Shown here piece by piece: positions 21,240-32,700 of a stretch of DNA of 64,000 nt. Origin of the DNA: an uncultured delta proteobacterium (GTDB taxonomy: Bacteria; Desulfobacterota; Syntrophia; Syntrophales; UBA2185); NCBI GenBank assembly GCA_963695875.1, contig CAVOID010000003.1, positions 384,001 through 448,000 on the forward strand, in the 5' to 3' direction. Each line of letters opens with the position of its first letter. Position 1 is the first letter of the stretch. The notes beneath the pieces are model-generated. The model ran no database searches and was not told the DNA's origin. It saw nothing but the letters and a program-made list of their open reading frames with translations. The translations under genes were made by a program, and so were the position numbers.

Positions 21240-23873
21240 ATGTCCATCCTGTCAAAAATTAAAGCGTGGATGACAGACAGTAAAGAATTTTTCTCTGGAT
21301 GCCTTTACAAGGAGGACAATTTTCCTCTATTCTGGCTTATTAAGGATGTATTGTCCAAGGTCGAACTTGCTGATGAGTATGTCGAATCATTAAAAAAACT
21401 TTCGGAAAAAGGGATAGTCATTTATGCAATTAAAGATAAAAGTCAGCTCAATAGTCTTATTATACGTGAGCTTTCGGCCAGAAAGGGTATACCGAGGCCG
21501 GTTTATTGCCACGGAATAAATATGATTTTCTGGCAGCCTTTCTCTGCTGCTTTTAGGGTTGTTTTTTCCATTCTATTTCATTTTCTTTTCAAAAAGACCA
21601 TTCTGGAAACCTACAAGACCAATTATCTGAAACGAATCATCATAGAAGGGAAAAGTGTAGTTATACATCTTGGAGGTTCAGAATTTTTTGAAAACCGTAT
21701 GACACAGAAAGCGCTCATACAATTGATTGATACTCAAAAAAATTTAAATATGCCGATTTATATTATTCCGGTTATGATTACCTATGGACGAAGAAGGGAT
21801 AAGGAGAAGGAGAGTTTAATAAATATTCTATTTGGCCAGGCGGAAGAAACGGGTGCACTTCGCCGGGTGATTACATTTCTCCGATACTCCAATCAAGCAA
21901 CGGTGATAGCTGCAGATCCGATTAAGCTTAAGGACTTCGTCAATGAAAACAAAGATATAACAACAGAGGCACTATACCATGATCTGAGAAGAGAACTGAT
22001 AGACAGGATTGATGAAGAGAAGACAAGCATCGTGGGGCCTGTTTTGAAGTCAAGGGAAGAAATTATCAGCATGGTTCTTAATGAAGATAATCTCAATCAT
22101 TTTATAGAAGAGATGGCGGCCCATGGCACAAAAGAGCATGACACCCTTGTCAAGGAGGCGGAAAAATACATGCGGGAAATTGCTTCTGACTATAATGACA
22201 TGTTTATCGATCTCTGGGATAAATTTCTCACGTGGCTGTGGAATAATATCTATGATGGTGTGGTGGTTGACAAGTCTGGACTGGCAAAAATTAGAAACAT
22301 ATCAAAAAAAATGCCTTTTGTCATCATACCCTGCCATCGGAGCCACATCGATTATCTCCTCCTTTCTTATGTTTTTTACAAACATAATATCCAGATGCCG
22401 TTTGTCGCTGCCGGTACCAATCTGTCATTCTGGCCTGTGGGATACATCTTTAGAAAATCGGGTGCCTTTTTCATTCGTCGTACCTTTAAGGGGAACATAC
22501 TCTACAGCGAAGTATTCGCCAAATATCGTGGAAGTCCTTTTAAAAGAAGGTCTGCCGCTTGAGTTTTTCATAGAGGGGGGACGGAGTCGCAGCGGTAAGA
22601 TGGTAATGCCAAAATTTGGCCTCCTTTCGATGCTTATCCAGGCTTATAAGAAGAAGGCCTGTGATGATCTGGCAGCAATTCCAGTCTTCATTGGGTATGA
22701 TCGTGTCATTGAAGGGGATTCCTACTTGAAGGAGCTTGGAGGAGTACCGAAAGAAAGAGAGAAGACTTCAGATGTAATAAAAAGTCATAAAATTTTAAGG
22801 AGACGTTACGGACGAGTTTATGTGAACATCGGTGAACCGATTTTTTTAAAATCATATCTTGCATCGCAGGAGAAAGCTTTTGAAGATATGACGACAGAAG
22901 AGAGACAGAGCCTGTACAGGAAAATCAGTTATGAAATTGCCCTTGAAATCAATAAGGTGTCTGTCAGTCACTCCTTTTTCTCTCGTTGCGTCCGGTTTGC
23001 TTTGCCACGACAGAAAAGGAATATCTCATGAGGAAATGATGGACGTGATAGATTTATTCTCTGATTATCTCAGCCATAGAGAAGTAAACTTTGCTGCTAC
23101 CCTGGTTAATAGGGAAAAGGCTGTTATAGATGCCCTGAACCACTTTGACCAGTTGGACATAATATCCAAAATGGGGGCGGATGAAAAAGAACATGATGAA
23201 CTGGAAGAAGTCGTTTACTCCCTGGAAGATGACAATCGACTGAAATTAGAGTATTATAAAAATAATATCCTTCACTTCTTCATCCCGATCAGCTTCGTAG
23301 CCGCGTCATTGCTAGCAAGTCATGAAGATGTGGTATCCTTGAACCGGATCGTGAAGGATTACCAGTTTTTTAAGAGGCTCTTCTGGCATGAATTCATCTT
23401 TGATGATCGGAGGGATGATTTGGATGAGGTGAATGATGTCCTCTCTTATTTAGATAACAGAGGTATGATAACCGGTTTGGAACGAAATGGACACGCGCTG
23501 GTCGAGGTTAAGGGCAGGGGCAGGAGGGATCTAATGCCCTTTGCCGGCTTGGTACGCAACTATATAGAATCGTACTGGGTAGTGATCAGAGGTTGTCTGT
23601 ATCTCAAAAACGGAGCAATGCAGGAAAAGGAATGGACGAGGAAGATCCAGCAGGCTGGCTGTTAAGATGTACAAAAAGGGAGAGATACGTAGGGCAGAAG
23701 CCCTGTCGCAGTCCAATTATCGAAGTGCTATGCAATTTCTCCAGGATGCCGAAATTGTGTATATTTCCGAATCTGGTGATAAAGGAGATAAGAAAGAATC
23801 TAATCTATGTACGCTTGCCGGCAGCAAGGTGGAAATGGATTCTCTCCGACACAGATTGTTCGAATTCTTGTAG
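21240..23873 (+). CDS. plsB: Glycerol-3-phosphate acyltransferase, PlsB-like (three indels)
   Basis: PCHRSHIDYLL (HX4D), GAFFIRR, FFIEGGRSRSGK, LEYYKNNILH. Confidence 0.9.
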
Positions 23874-23989
23874 TGACGGTATCGCACAGGATACTCTGGG
23901 TTTTGCGATGTTATTTCCTGGAAACCCTTGTAAAAGTCTCAGTTTTTATTTGACTTCCCTAGCCGTTCATGCTAAGGAGCGCAACGCAG

Positions 23990-24274
23990 ATGGATAAGGA
24001 CACTAAGAAATCAGCCATCCAGCTCGCATATGCCAGCAGTATTGGCATTGCCATGGTACTGTTGATTTTCGGAAGTCTTTATCTGGGTGTCTATCTCGAC
24101 AGGAAGTTTGGAACTGGATATAAATTAACAATTTTTCTTTTAATAGTAGGTATTGTTGCCGGATTCAGGAATATATACGTTTTAATAAAGAAATTTTCCT
24201 GGGATGAAAAACCTGTAATTAAGTATCTGAAAAGTGAACCACACAGAAAAAGATCCCCTCCAAAGAAAGCTTGA
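23990..24274 (+). CDS. AtpZ/AtpI family protein
   Basis: ASSIGIAMVL, GVYLDRKFGT, GIVAGFRN; lies upstream of atpI-atpB. Confidence 0.88.
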   Translation: MDKDTKKSAIQLAYASSIGIAMVLLIFGSLYLGVYLDRKFGTGYKLTIFLLIVGIVAGFRNIYVLIKKFSWDEKPVIKYLKSEPHRKRSPPKKA

Positions 24275-24632
24275 GCTTACAAACTGGGTTATCCTGGGGA
24301 TACTTCTCATGCTCAGTTTTATCTTCATGCCTTATAGATTTGCTTTCGGAATGTTGTTGGGCGGTTTTATAAGTATTGTAAATTTTTATTGGCTTGGCAG
24401 GGATCTGAGAAAGGCGTTCAGCAGGCTTTCCGAACGGTCAAATTCATCTGTCATGTTTAAATATTACATCAGGTTTGCCGTTACGGCTGTTGCCCTGTAT
24501 TTTATCATCTCCGGAGATTTTGTTGATATAGTAGGCTTATTGATTGGCCTTTCGATAGTAGTTATTGCCATAGTATTTACCACAATCGCAACGGCATATT
24601 CAAAAAAAAATTGCATTGAGGAGGTTAAATAA
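24234..24632 (+). CDS. atpI: ATP synthase protein I
   Basis: Four hydrophobic segments, GGFISIVNF, KYYIRF; operon position. Confidence 0.85.
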   Translation: MNHTEKDPLQRKLELTNWVILGILLMLSFIFMPYRFAFGMLLGGFISIVNFYWLGRDLRKAFSRLSERSNSSVMFKYYIRFAVTAVALYFIISGDFVDIVGLLIGLSIVVIAIVFTTIATAYSKKNCIEEVK

Positions 24633-24635
24633 GAG

Positions 24636-25289
24636 ATGCATTCTTTGTCATTCCTTGAAAACCACTATATTCCCGCACATGTAATGTATACCTGGTTTGT
24701 CATGGCGCTACTGGCCGTTTCTTCTTTTCTTGCAACACGCCGGCTGGATATCTATCCGACCAGGTTTCAGAATGTTATGGAAGTTGTTATGAGTGGTTTC
24801 GATTCCTTGATTAACGATACCATGGGTCACGAAGGAAGAAAATTTTTCCCGCTGATTGCAACCATAGGACTCTTTATCCTTGTATCCAATCTTCTGGGGC
24901 TTGTCCCTGGTTTTGAAGCCCCCACGGCTAATCTCAACACAAATGCCTCGATGGCGATCGTGGTTTTTTGCATGACTCACGTTATGGGAGTTAAGGTTCA
25001 TGGATTCAAGTACATTAAGCAATTTTTGGGACCGGTGTGGTGGTTAATGCCCCTTATGTTTCTCATTGAAATGGTGAGTCACTTAGTCCGTCCCTTATCA
25101 CTTACCGTGCGATTATTCGGAAACATCGAGGGTGGGCACATCGTTGTAGCTGTGTTATTTTTGTTGGCTCCTTTCCTTATCCCGTTGCCGATTCTCTTTC
25201 TGAAGATTTTCATATCAGTTATCCAGACCCTCGTCTTTATGTTACTGTCCATGATGTATATTGCCGGCGCTATGGAAGAGGCACACTAA
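24636..25289 (+). CDS. atpB: F0F1 ATP synthase subunit a
   Basis: [27 protein letters not shown] (essential Arg), [14 protein letters not shown]. Confidence 0.96.
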   Translation: MHSLSFLENHYIPAHVMYTWFVMALLAVSSFLATRRLDIYPTRFQNVMEVVMSGFDSLINDTMGHEGRKFFPLIATIGLFILVSNLLGLVPGFEAPTANLNTNASMAIVVFCMTHVMGVKVHGFKYIKQFLGPVWWLMPLMFLIEMVSHLVRPLSLTVRLFGNIEGGHIVVAVLFLLAPFLIPLPILFLKIFISVIQTLVFMLLSMMYIAGAMEEAH

Positions 25290-25432
25290 TAACTGTCAGC
25301 GCTTGTAACTATACTGAGGAGGGGCCAAGACCCCCGCGGTTTCGTCTCCTCCTCCATATAAGAGGGTGGGGTCTGAAAAATATGATCCCTATTCCCTGAT
25401 CTCTATCCCATGGAAAAGGAGGGAATAGCCCT

Positions 25433-26989
25433 GTGAGTAATAAATCCCGCCAATTTAACCCCATCACGGCCAAAGACATCATCTATTTTGCAATGACCGA
25501 TCGGTTCTGCGCAGCTGGTCCGGTTCATCCGGACGTGAACCAAGACAACCCTCAAGGGTATCATGGTGGAAACTTTGCCGGTCTCATCAGCAAGATTCCT
25601 TATCTGAAGAATCTTGGTGTAACTGCTTTGTGGATCACACCCGTGTATCTCAACCTGCACCCGGCACAACATAACCCGACAAGCAGCAGTTGGGCTTATC
25701 ACGGATATTGGCCGTATGATTTTGCTCAGGTTGATCCGCACCTCTATTATCCCTCCACAATGTATCCGGCCGGCGATAAACGGTACCTCAAAGAAGTTGC
25801 TGATGCGCTACATAAAGAGGAGATTAAGCTTATCCTGGACATGGTAGTCAACCACACAGGTTATGATCACCCTGGCTATTACGAAAATGATATACCTAAT
25901 CCGACACCGATTCGACGTGGCTGGTTTAATCCACCCCAGGAGGGGTGGGGTGAAGCGGACTGGATCTTCGGTTTGCCCGATCTTAATCACAACGATCCCG
26001 ACGTTGTGCGTTACTTTATCAAGGACATCCTGGATTGGGTAGAGCAGGCGGAAATTGATGCCATACGTATGGACACAGTACTTTATGTTGAGCGACACTT
26101 CTGGGATGAATTCAAGGTCACCGTCCACAGCAAATATCCGGACGTGTCCTTGATCGGTGAAGTTCTCGACTACGATGTGGACGATGTTGCAAAATACATG
26201 CGCTATCATGATTTCAGTTCCGTGTTCGATTTTCCACTTCAGGGTGCAACAGTAGCTGTATTCGCAGAAGCCGCAAGCTGCCGGAAACTGGCACGACCAC
26301 AATGGACATGGGCGGAGCCCAACGGTGCGCTGGATTACAGCATAGATTATACCAATCCGGCCCGTCTGGTTACCCTGCTGGACAATCACGATCTGAGTCG
26401 CCGGTTTATGACAGCCTGCCTGGATGGTTGTGGCGGCGACCGCAAGCGGGCTATCCGTCGTTTCAAGATGGGTCTGACATTTTTGGTTACGACACGTGGG
26501 ATTCCGCAAATCTACTATGGTACAGAGATCGGTATGGAAGGACGAAATGAACCATCGGATGCGAATATGCGGCAGGATATGACGTGGGAAGTGTTCGATG
26601 GTGGATTGGAGCCGACATCCGCCTACCCGGAGGCCCAGGGAGTCTTCCGTCATTTGCGTCTGTTGCTGCAACTCCGGCACGGCAACGAGGCGCTTCAATT
26701 CAGTACGCCGGAAACGCTGTTTGTTGATGACTACGTTTATGTTTGTATGCAGGAATTTCGTGGGAATACGATGATCATCGCATTCAACAACGGCCGGGAT
26801 CCGATGCCGTCGCCACTGACTGTACAAATTGACGCCAATCCACGCTTGCCTCAGGAAATTAAGACCTTGTTGCGCGATAAAACACTCATAGAACAGATTG
26901 AGAAGGAACTGGCACCCATTACAATAAAGGATGGCAATTTCCAATTGCAGCTGTCGGGTGAGACCAGCGCGGTATACAAACTGCCTTGA
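25433..26989 (+). CDS. GH13 alpha-amylase family glycoside hydrolase
   Basis: YLKNLGVTALWITP, YHGYW, LDMVVNH, RMDTV (nucleophile), GEVLD (acid/base), LDNHD, GIPQIYYG. Confidence 0.93.
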   Translation: MSNKSRQFNPITAKDIIYFAMTDRFCAAGPVHPDVNQDNPQGYHGGNFAGLISKIPYLKNLGVTALWITPVYLNLHPAQHNPTSSSWAYHGYWPYDFAQVDPHLYYPSTMYPAGDKRYLKEVADALHKEEIKLILDMVVNHTGYDHPGYYENDIPNPTPIRRGWFNPPQEGWGEADWIFGLPDLNHNDPDVVRYFIKDILDWVEQAEIDAIRMDTVLYVERHFWDEFKVTVHSKYPDVSLIGEVLDYDVDDVAKYMRYHDFSSVFDFPLQGATVAVFAEAASCRKLARPQWTWAEPNGALDYSIDYTNPARLVTLLDNHDLSRRFMTACLDGCGGDRKRAIRRFKMGLTFLVTTRGIPQIYYGTEIGMEGRNEPSDANMRQDMTWEVFDGGLEPTSAYPEAQGVFRHLRLLLQLRHGNEALQFSTPETLFVDDYVYVCMQEFRGNTMIIAFNNGRDPMPSPLTVQIDANPRLPQEIKTLLRDKTLIEQIEKELAPITIKDGNFQLQLSGETSAVYKLP

Positions 26990-27042
26990 CAGCCAACGTC
27001 GTACCTCTGTTCCTAATTATTCTATAAACGCGAATCCTGGAG

Positions 27043-27948
27043 ATGTCTATGAAAAGAAGAACTGTAAGTCTTGGCCTGATTGTTTCCATCTTTTTTTTGG
27101 TCGTCACATTTATTCATGTCACTTATACTTCTTCTTACGCTCAGAAGAACTTTTTGTGGCGCGTTCAATCAAAAAGGAGCACTGTTTATTTGCTGGGCTC
27201 CGTCCATCTTCTGAAAAAAAATGTCTACCCCCTTAGCAGGGCGATAGAAAGTGCTTTTGAGAAATCTGATGCTTTAGCCGTCGAGGCAGATATCAATGAT
27301 ATAAGCCGATTGGATATCCAGAAATTGATGTCAAGTGCCTTCTATTCTGGTGATGATACCCTTGAAAAACATGTATCCAGAGATACTTTTGACGCCGTTA
27401 AGGATCAAACAGAAAGACTTGGGCTGCCCCTTGAGTTTGTCTATAGCCAGAAACCGTGGTTTCTTGGATTAACGCTGGAATCATTAGAGCTTATGAAATC
27501 CGGGTATGACCCTGAATATGGGATAGACAAGTATTTTATTTCAAAAGCAACAGGCAAGAAAAAAATCTTAGAACTTGAGAGCCTTGATTATCAGATTGAT
27601 CTTCTTTCAGGCTTGGACGATACCGAACAGGAACTGTTTTTATTATATACACTGAAGGATTTAAAAATACTTGTGCAGGAAGTCGATAAACTGGTTGAGG
27701 CATGGAAATCGGGAGCCGCGGAGAGCATGGAATCGGCAATAACAAAAAGTTTTACTGAAGATAGAAGCTTCTATCCCATTTATGAAAAGCTGATCTATAA
27801 GAGAAGCAGGAACATGACATTAAAAGTTGAAGGTTTCCTGAGAACAAGCGGGACTTACTTTGTTGTTGTCGGAGCGGCCCATCTCCTGGGAGATAGGGGG
27901 ATTATTCAGTTATTGAAAGAAAAAGGCTTCACTGTAGAACAGTTGTAA
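27043..27948 (+). CDS. TraB/GumN family secreted protein
   Basis: Signal peptide; YLLGSVH, GIDKYF, LESLDYQ, FVVVGAAHLLG. Confidence 0.9.
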   Translation: MSMKRRTVSLGLIVSIFFLVVTFIHVTYTSSYAQKNFLWRVQSKRSTVYLLGSVHLLKKNVYPLSRAIESAFEKSDALAVEADINDISRLDIQKLMSSAFYSGDDTLEKHVSRDTFDAVKDQTERLGLPLEFVYSQKPWFLGLTLESLELMKSGYDPEYGIDKYFISKATGKKKILELESLDYQIDLLSGLDDTEQELFLLYTLKDLKILVQEVDKLVEAWKSGAAESMESAITKSFTEDRSFYPIYEKLIYKRSRNMTLKVEGFLRTSGTYFVVVGAAHLLGDRGIIQLLKEKGFTVEQL

Positions 27949-27951
27949 ATT

Positions 27952-28551
27952 TTACTTAGCTATCTTAAAACCATCAGCCAATAGGAGCATGACCCCTTTT
28001 CTCACCATCATGACGGCTATGGCAGCCAGCAGGAGAGCGGCAAGTTTGGATACTGTTCTGGCTCCGGACTTCCCTAAAAGGCGCATGATCGGCACATACA
28101 GCCAGAATGTCAGGCCGGCGATCACGATGTTTACAATCAGGGCCGCGACGGTAGCTAAAGGTCCATACTCGCTGACGAGAATTAATATCGTAGTAAGCAC
28201 AGCGGGACCGACGATCAGAGGTACCCCTAAAGGCACCGCTCCCAGACTCTCGGGATCAATCTGACTCCATCTTCTTTCCATATAGACCAGATCATTCAAG
28301 GAAATGATAAAAAGAAGGGTCCCCCCGGCTATCATGAAATCAGAGACGGTGATACCTAAAAGATCAAGGATGATCTTCCCAACCGCTAAAAAAATCAAAG
28401 CTACAATCGTAGCGGTTACCACGGACTGCACGATAATCCGGTTGATCTTTGGACGATCCAGCCCCTCGGTAAAAGTCATGAACATAGGAAGGACGCCGAT
28501 GACATTTACAGCCATAAATATGGGGAAAAAACAAAACCAGAACTTGTTCAT
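27952..28551 (-). CDS. MarC family integral membrane protein
   Basis: FMIAGGTLLF, VPLGVPLIVGP, RLLGKSG. Confidence 0.9.
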   Translation of the reverse strand: MNKFWFCFFPIFMAVNVIGVLPMFMTFTEGLDRPKINRIIVQSVVTATIVALIFLAVGKIILDLLGITVSDFMIAGGTLLFIISLNDLVYMERRWSQIDPESLGAVPLGVPLIVGPAVLTTILILVSEYGPLATVAALIVNIVIAGLTFWLYVPIMRLLGKSGARTVSKLAALLLAAIAVMMVRKGVMLLLADGFKIAK

Positions 28552-28857
28552 GGAACCACCACCTTGCACTTGAAAGGATTCTATATTGGGTCATATTATA
28601 AGCAATAGTCGGAAATACGACAATAAAAATTATGGACGATATTTATAATTTTTGTGGGGATGCGACAAAGTAGCAAAAAATGTAAACACAAAATGCGATG
28701 CCGATAGATTTTTGCCACTCTTATGTATTTATTAGCCGTTGAGGTGGTCATTTAGTGCTGTTCTATTTCTGGGTGTACTATCTTGAAAATGGAGAAAGTC
28801 TGTTGCTGATTTCCGATGGCGTGATATATATTTCATAAAAATAGACGGAGGTTATGA

Positions 28858-29301
28858 ATGATCGATAAAGCATCTCGGCGAAGTGGAGAACTTTTCAAAT
28901 CAGGTTATCGATGAGCTGAAAGCGTTCTGCTTTCCGTGGCAGAAAGCAAAAATATTCAATCAGAATTAATCCCAAAAATCGCTACCGGCTTCTGTGGCGG
29001 AATTGCGAGGACAGGTGGAATCTGCGGTGCCGTGAGCGGCGCTGTCATGGCAATAAGCATATTTTATGGAAGAAACTTACCAGATGAGTCAGTCGATAAA
29101 AACTACATCCCTGTCCAAAAACTGATGGAGATGTTTGAAAACAAGTTTGGTTCAATAAATTGCAAAGAGTTGACAGGATGCGATCTGAGAACTGAAAAAG
29201 GAAGGAAACAATTTTTTTCAACCAATATGATTGAGCATTGCAAAATTTACACTGAAGAAGCCACGAGAATGGCAATGTTACTTATTGAAGAAAAATCTTA
29301 A
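28858..29301 (+). CDS. C-GCAxxG-C-C family redox-active protein, probable selenoprotein (Sec at TGA 28912-28914)
   Basis: SD GGAGG then ATG 28858; LFKSGYR-TGA-AESVL in frame with ATGFCGG...ICGAVSG...INCKELTG...HCK; hairpin downstream of the TGA. Confidence 0.85.
28925..28948 (+). promoter_or_regulatory. Putative bacterial SECIS hairpin
   Basis: TGCTTTC/GAAAGCA stem with loop CGTGGCA (alternative stem TTCTGC/GCAGAA), starting 11-14 nt after the in-frame TGA. Confidence 0.6.
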
Positions 29302-29401
29302 AAGAAGTAACAAAAAATATCTGATTCTAATGTCGATTCTTATTATGTCGTGGATAATATTATTATAGAGTGCAAACATCAGACGTGGAGATGTCAAAGA
29401 T

Positions 29402-30109
29402 ATGCGAATCAACTATCTACAGCACGTGCCATTTGAGGGATTAGGAAGCATTGAACAGTGGATACATGCCCGCCAGTATCAGTTGACAGCCACCCGGCTC
29501 TATCGGGATGACCCCATGCCAAAGGTGGACGGCATTGACTGGCTTATTGTTATGGGCGGCCCGATGGGAGTCCATGACGAAGATAAATTTCCCTGGCTGA
29601 TGAGCGAAAAACGAATGATTGAAGGAGCTATCCGGCAGGGCAAGGTTGTGATCGGAATATGCTTGGGAGCACAACTGATTGCGGATGTTCTTGGGGCCAG
29701 GGTGTATCCCAATCGGTTCAAAGAAATCGGCTGGCATCCGATTGAGTTGACAGAAGCTGGGCAACACTCTCCGCTGTTTAGCTTTCTGCCCAGGCGGCTG
29801 AATGTGTTCCACTGGCATGGCGATACGTTTGCCTTACCGGTAGACGCGGTGCATATTGCCCGGAGTGAGGCATGCCAGCATCAGGCATTTGTGTATGACG
29901 AGCGGGTGGTAGGGCTGCAATTCCACATGGAGTCTACTTCGGGGGGTATAGATGCCCTTATTCGGAACTGTTCAGAAGAGTTAGTCGGTGGTCGATATAT
30001 TCAGGCTCCCTCGCAACTGATAGCTACCCCAGAGGCTTTCAGTACTATTAACTGTTTCATGGATGGGTTGCTTACGCGTATTGCGCAAATGGTAAGGCAG
30101 ACAGCTTGA
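29402..30109 (+). CDS. Type 1 glutamine amidotransferase
   Basis: LQHVPFEG, VMGGPM, GICLGAQL, HWHGD, LQFHME catalytic triad. Confidence 0.93.
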   Translation: MRINYLQHVPFEGLGSIEQWIHARQYQLTATRLYRDDPMPKVDGIDWLIVMGGPMGVHDEDKFPWLMSEKRMIEGAIRQGKVVIGICLGAQLIADVLGARVYPNRFKEIGWHPIELTEAGQHSPLFSFLPRRLNVFHWHGDTFALPVDAVHIARSEACQHQAFVYDERVVGLQFHMESTSGGIDALIRNCSEELVGGRYIQAPSQLIATPEAFSTINCFMDGLLTRIAQMVRQTA

Positions 30110-30132
30110 TGGAATTCTTTAACTCTCCACCA

Positions 30133-32568
30133 CTACATAAAATTTAGGGGATCCACATCAACTTTAACATCCAAACCGGTTACGGAAGCTCTTAAGAGGA
30201 TGTCCTTAGCCAGATCATGAATTGCGCGTGCGTCTTTACCCTTCAAGAGCAGTTGCCAGCGGTACTTCCCTTTGATTTTAGCTATGGGGGACTCCGCCGG
30301 GCCAATAATTTCCACCTTTCCCTTCAATTTATTGATTGTCAACAGATCTCTGATAATCTGTCTCAGTTTTTCAAGTCCTTCTATACCTTCATTTCTCTTC
30401 AGGCGTGATAGATGAAGGTTCACGATGCGTGCGAATGGCGGATAGGCTAGGGCACTTCTCAGCGCAAGCTCATCTTCGTAAAATCCCAAATAGTCATGCT
30501 CTCTGGCCCTGGTGATGGCATAGTGCCTGGGATTAAAGGTCTGGACAATAACCCTGCCAGGAGATGCGCCTCTGCCACCCCTGCCTGAGACCTGGGTCAG
30601 AAGTTGAAAGGTCCTTTCCGCCGATCGAAAATCGGGTATGTTCAGGGACGTATCGGCTGAAATGACACCTACCAGCGTAACGTCTGGGATAGTCGTGTCC
30701 TTTGGTAATCATCTGCGTACCGACGAGGATATCAATGTCACGCCTATCGAAGGCCCGTAGAATCTTTTCATAGGCCCCCTTCCGGGCTGTTGTGTCACTG
30801 TCCATCCTCCCAATTCTGGCTTGTGGGAAGAACTTCCTGACTTCGTCTTCCAGTTTTTCCGTTCCTACCCCATAGCTCTGTATACGCTTTCCGCTGCATC
30901 CGGGGCATGACGCAGGTGATGCACTGGCAAAGTCACAGTAATGGCATTTAAGGCTGTCTTTCACTTGCGTGATATGTCATGGATACGGCGCAATTCGGGC
31001 ATGTAAATGCATTGCCGCAGTCAAGACAGAACATGAAGGTGTGAAAACCGCGTCTGTTTAAGAAGAGAAGCGTCTGCTGTTTCCTCTCAATGGTATCTTG
31101 AATCGCGTCTTTGAGAGACCGGGATAGAATCACGGGATGAAACCTGGCTATCATCTTCCACTTCCCTTTTCATATCGATGATCTCCACTTCCGGCAATGG
31201 TCTGTCTTCCACTCTCCTGGGCAGGACAAGGTACTTGTATTTTCCTTTCATCGTATTGAAATAGGTCTGTATAGCCGGTGTGGCTGAACCGACGATAACC
31301 GTTGCTGAATGGAGTTTTGCTTTCATAATTGCCAGATCACGGGCGTTATATCTCATCCTGTCATCCTGTTTGTAGGAAGTGTCATGTTCCTCATCCACAA
31401 TGATGAGCCGCAAATTTCTGACTGGTGCAAAGATGGCCGACCGGGCGCCGATGACGACCCTGATTTCACCGCGCTGAATGCGGCGCCACTGATCGTACCT
31501 GGCAGATTTTGATATGCCGCTGTGAAGCACAGCTATTTCCTGGTTTGCAAACCTTTTATTGAAACGAGAAATTAGTTGCGCTGTCAGGGCGATCTCCGGT
31601 ACGAGATAAATTATCCCCCCATTCATCCGGAGAGTTTCTCTAATGGCATTGAGATACACTTCTGTCTTTCCGCTGCCTGTGACGCCATGGAGTAGATAAG
31701 GGGAAAAACTTGCAGATTCTATGCCTGTAGCAATTTCACGGAGGGCTTCTTCCTGATCCTCATTTGGAGTAATTAAAATGTCGCTACCGCCGATATCGGG
31801 GCTCTGGCCATGATGGCGGGAAACCTCTTCTTCGGTCATACAAACGAGATTCTGTTGTTCCAGGCTTCTGATCAAGGGGAGAACGTTCTTGAATTTTTCA
31901 CGGAGGGCAGCGACAGGTGAGGAACCGTGCGAATTGAGAAAGTCAACCAGCAGGTTTTGTTTTTTAGTCAGTTTTGTACCGGCTACGTCCCGGTAATTGA
32001 GTGTAATGATCTTTTCCTTCTTCGGAGCGATTGCCGGTTTCTTAGTTACGTATGAAACAGCTATAAGGCCTGTATCCTGGAGGATATTGATATCTCTGTA
32101 GATATCCTTTTTCCCTGTTATCTGTTTAAGGTGTGTCAAAGGCAGACCGGCGGGAACTAGTTTGAGAGCATCAATTATGCTGCGTTGTGACGCAGACATC
32201 TGAAAATCATTTGTCCCCTGGTTATCTTTCACGATGGAGATCCATCTATCGCTTTTCGGATCAATTCCTCCCGGCAATATCTCGGTCAAGGCCTTACCGA
32301 GAGGATAGATGTAGTATTGCGATACCCATCGATAAAATCCCAGGTCCTCTTCATTAAAAAGCTGTTCCGGATCTAGGATTTCTATGATCTCTTTTATGTC
32401 GTCACAAGTAGTTGAGTGTGCTACTTCGATTATGTAGCCGGTGAGTCTTCTCTTGCCGAATGGGATGAGAACTCGTTTTCCTACGGCGATTTCTTTATGA
32501 AGAGCGGGAGGCACGGCATATGAGAACGTCTTTTGCGAGGGGATATTGACGGCAACCGTTACAAACAT
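30133..32568 (-). CDS. priA: Primosomal protein N' (multiple indels)
   Basis: [38 protein letters not shown] with CxxC zinc motifs, GTQMITKG, VDVDP. Confidence 0.96.
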
Positions 32569-32700
32569 TATGTTTGTTACCTGTTTGGGCAAGGTGGGAT
32601 ATTGTATTAAAGTTTGTTTTACAGGGTTGTTCTATCTTCTTGTTAAGTGATGAGGTGAGTGTGGACTGTATCTATATTTGAAGGATATCAATCAGGATAG

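Noticed and set aside
25808..26944. Long antisense ORFs (378 aa here; also 11239-12207, 53087-53926 and 4079-4717)
   Set aside because: They are shadows of well-supported genes on the opposite strand and have no recognisable motifs
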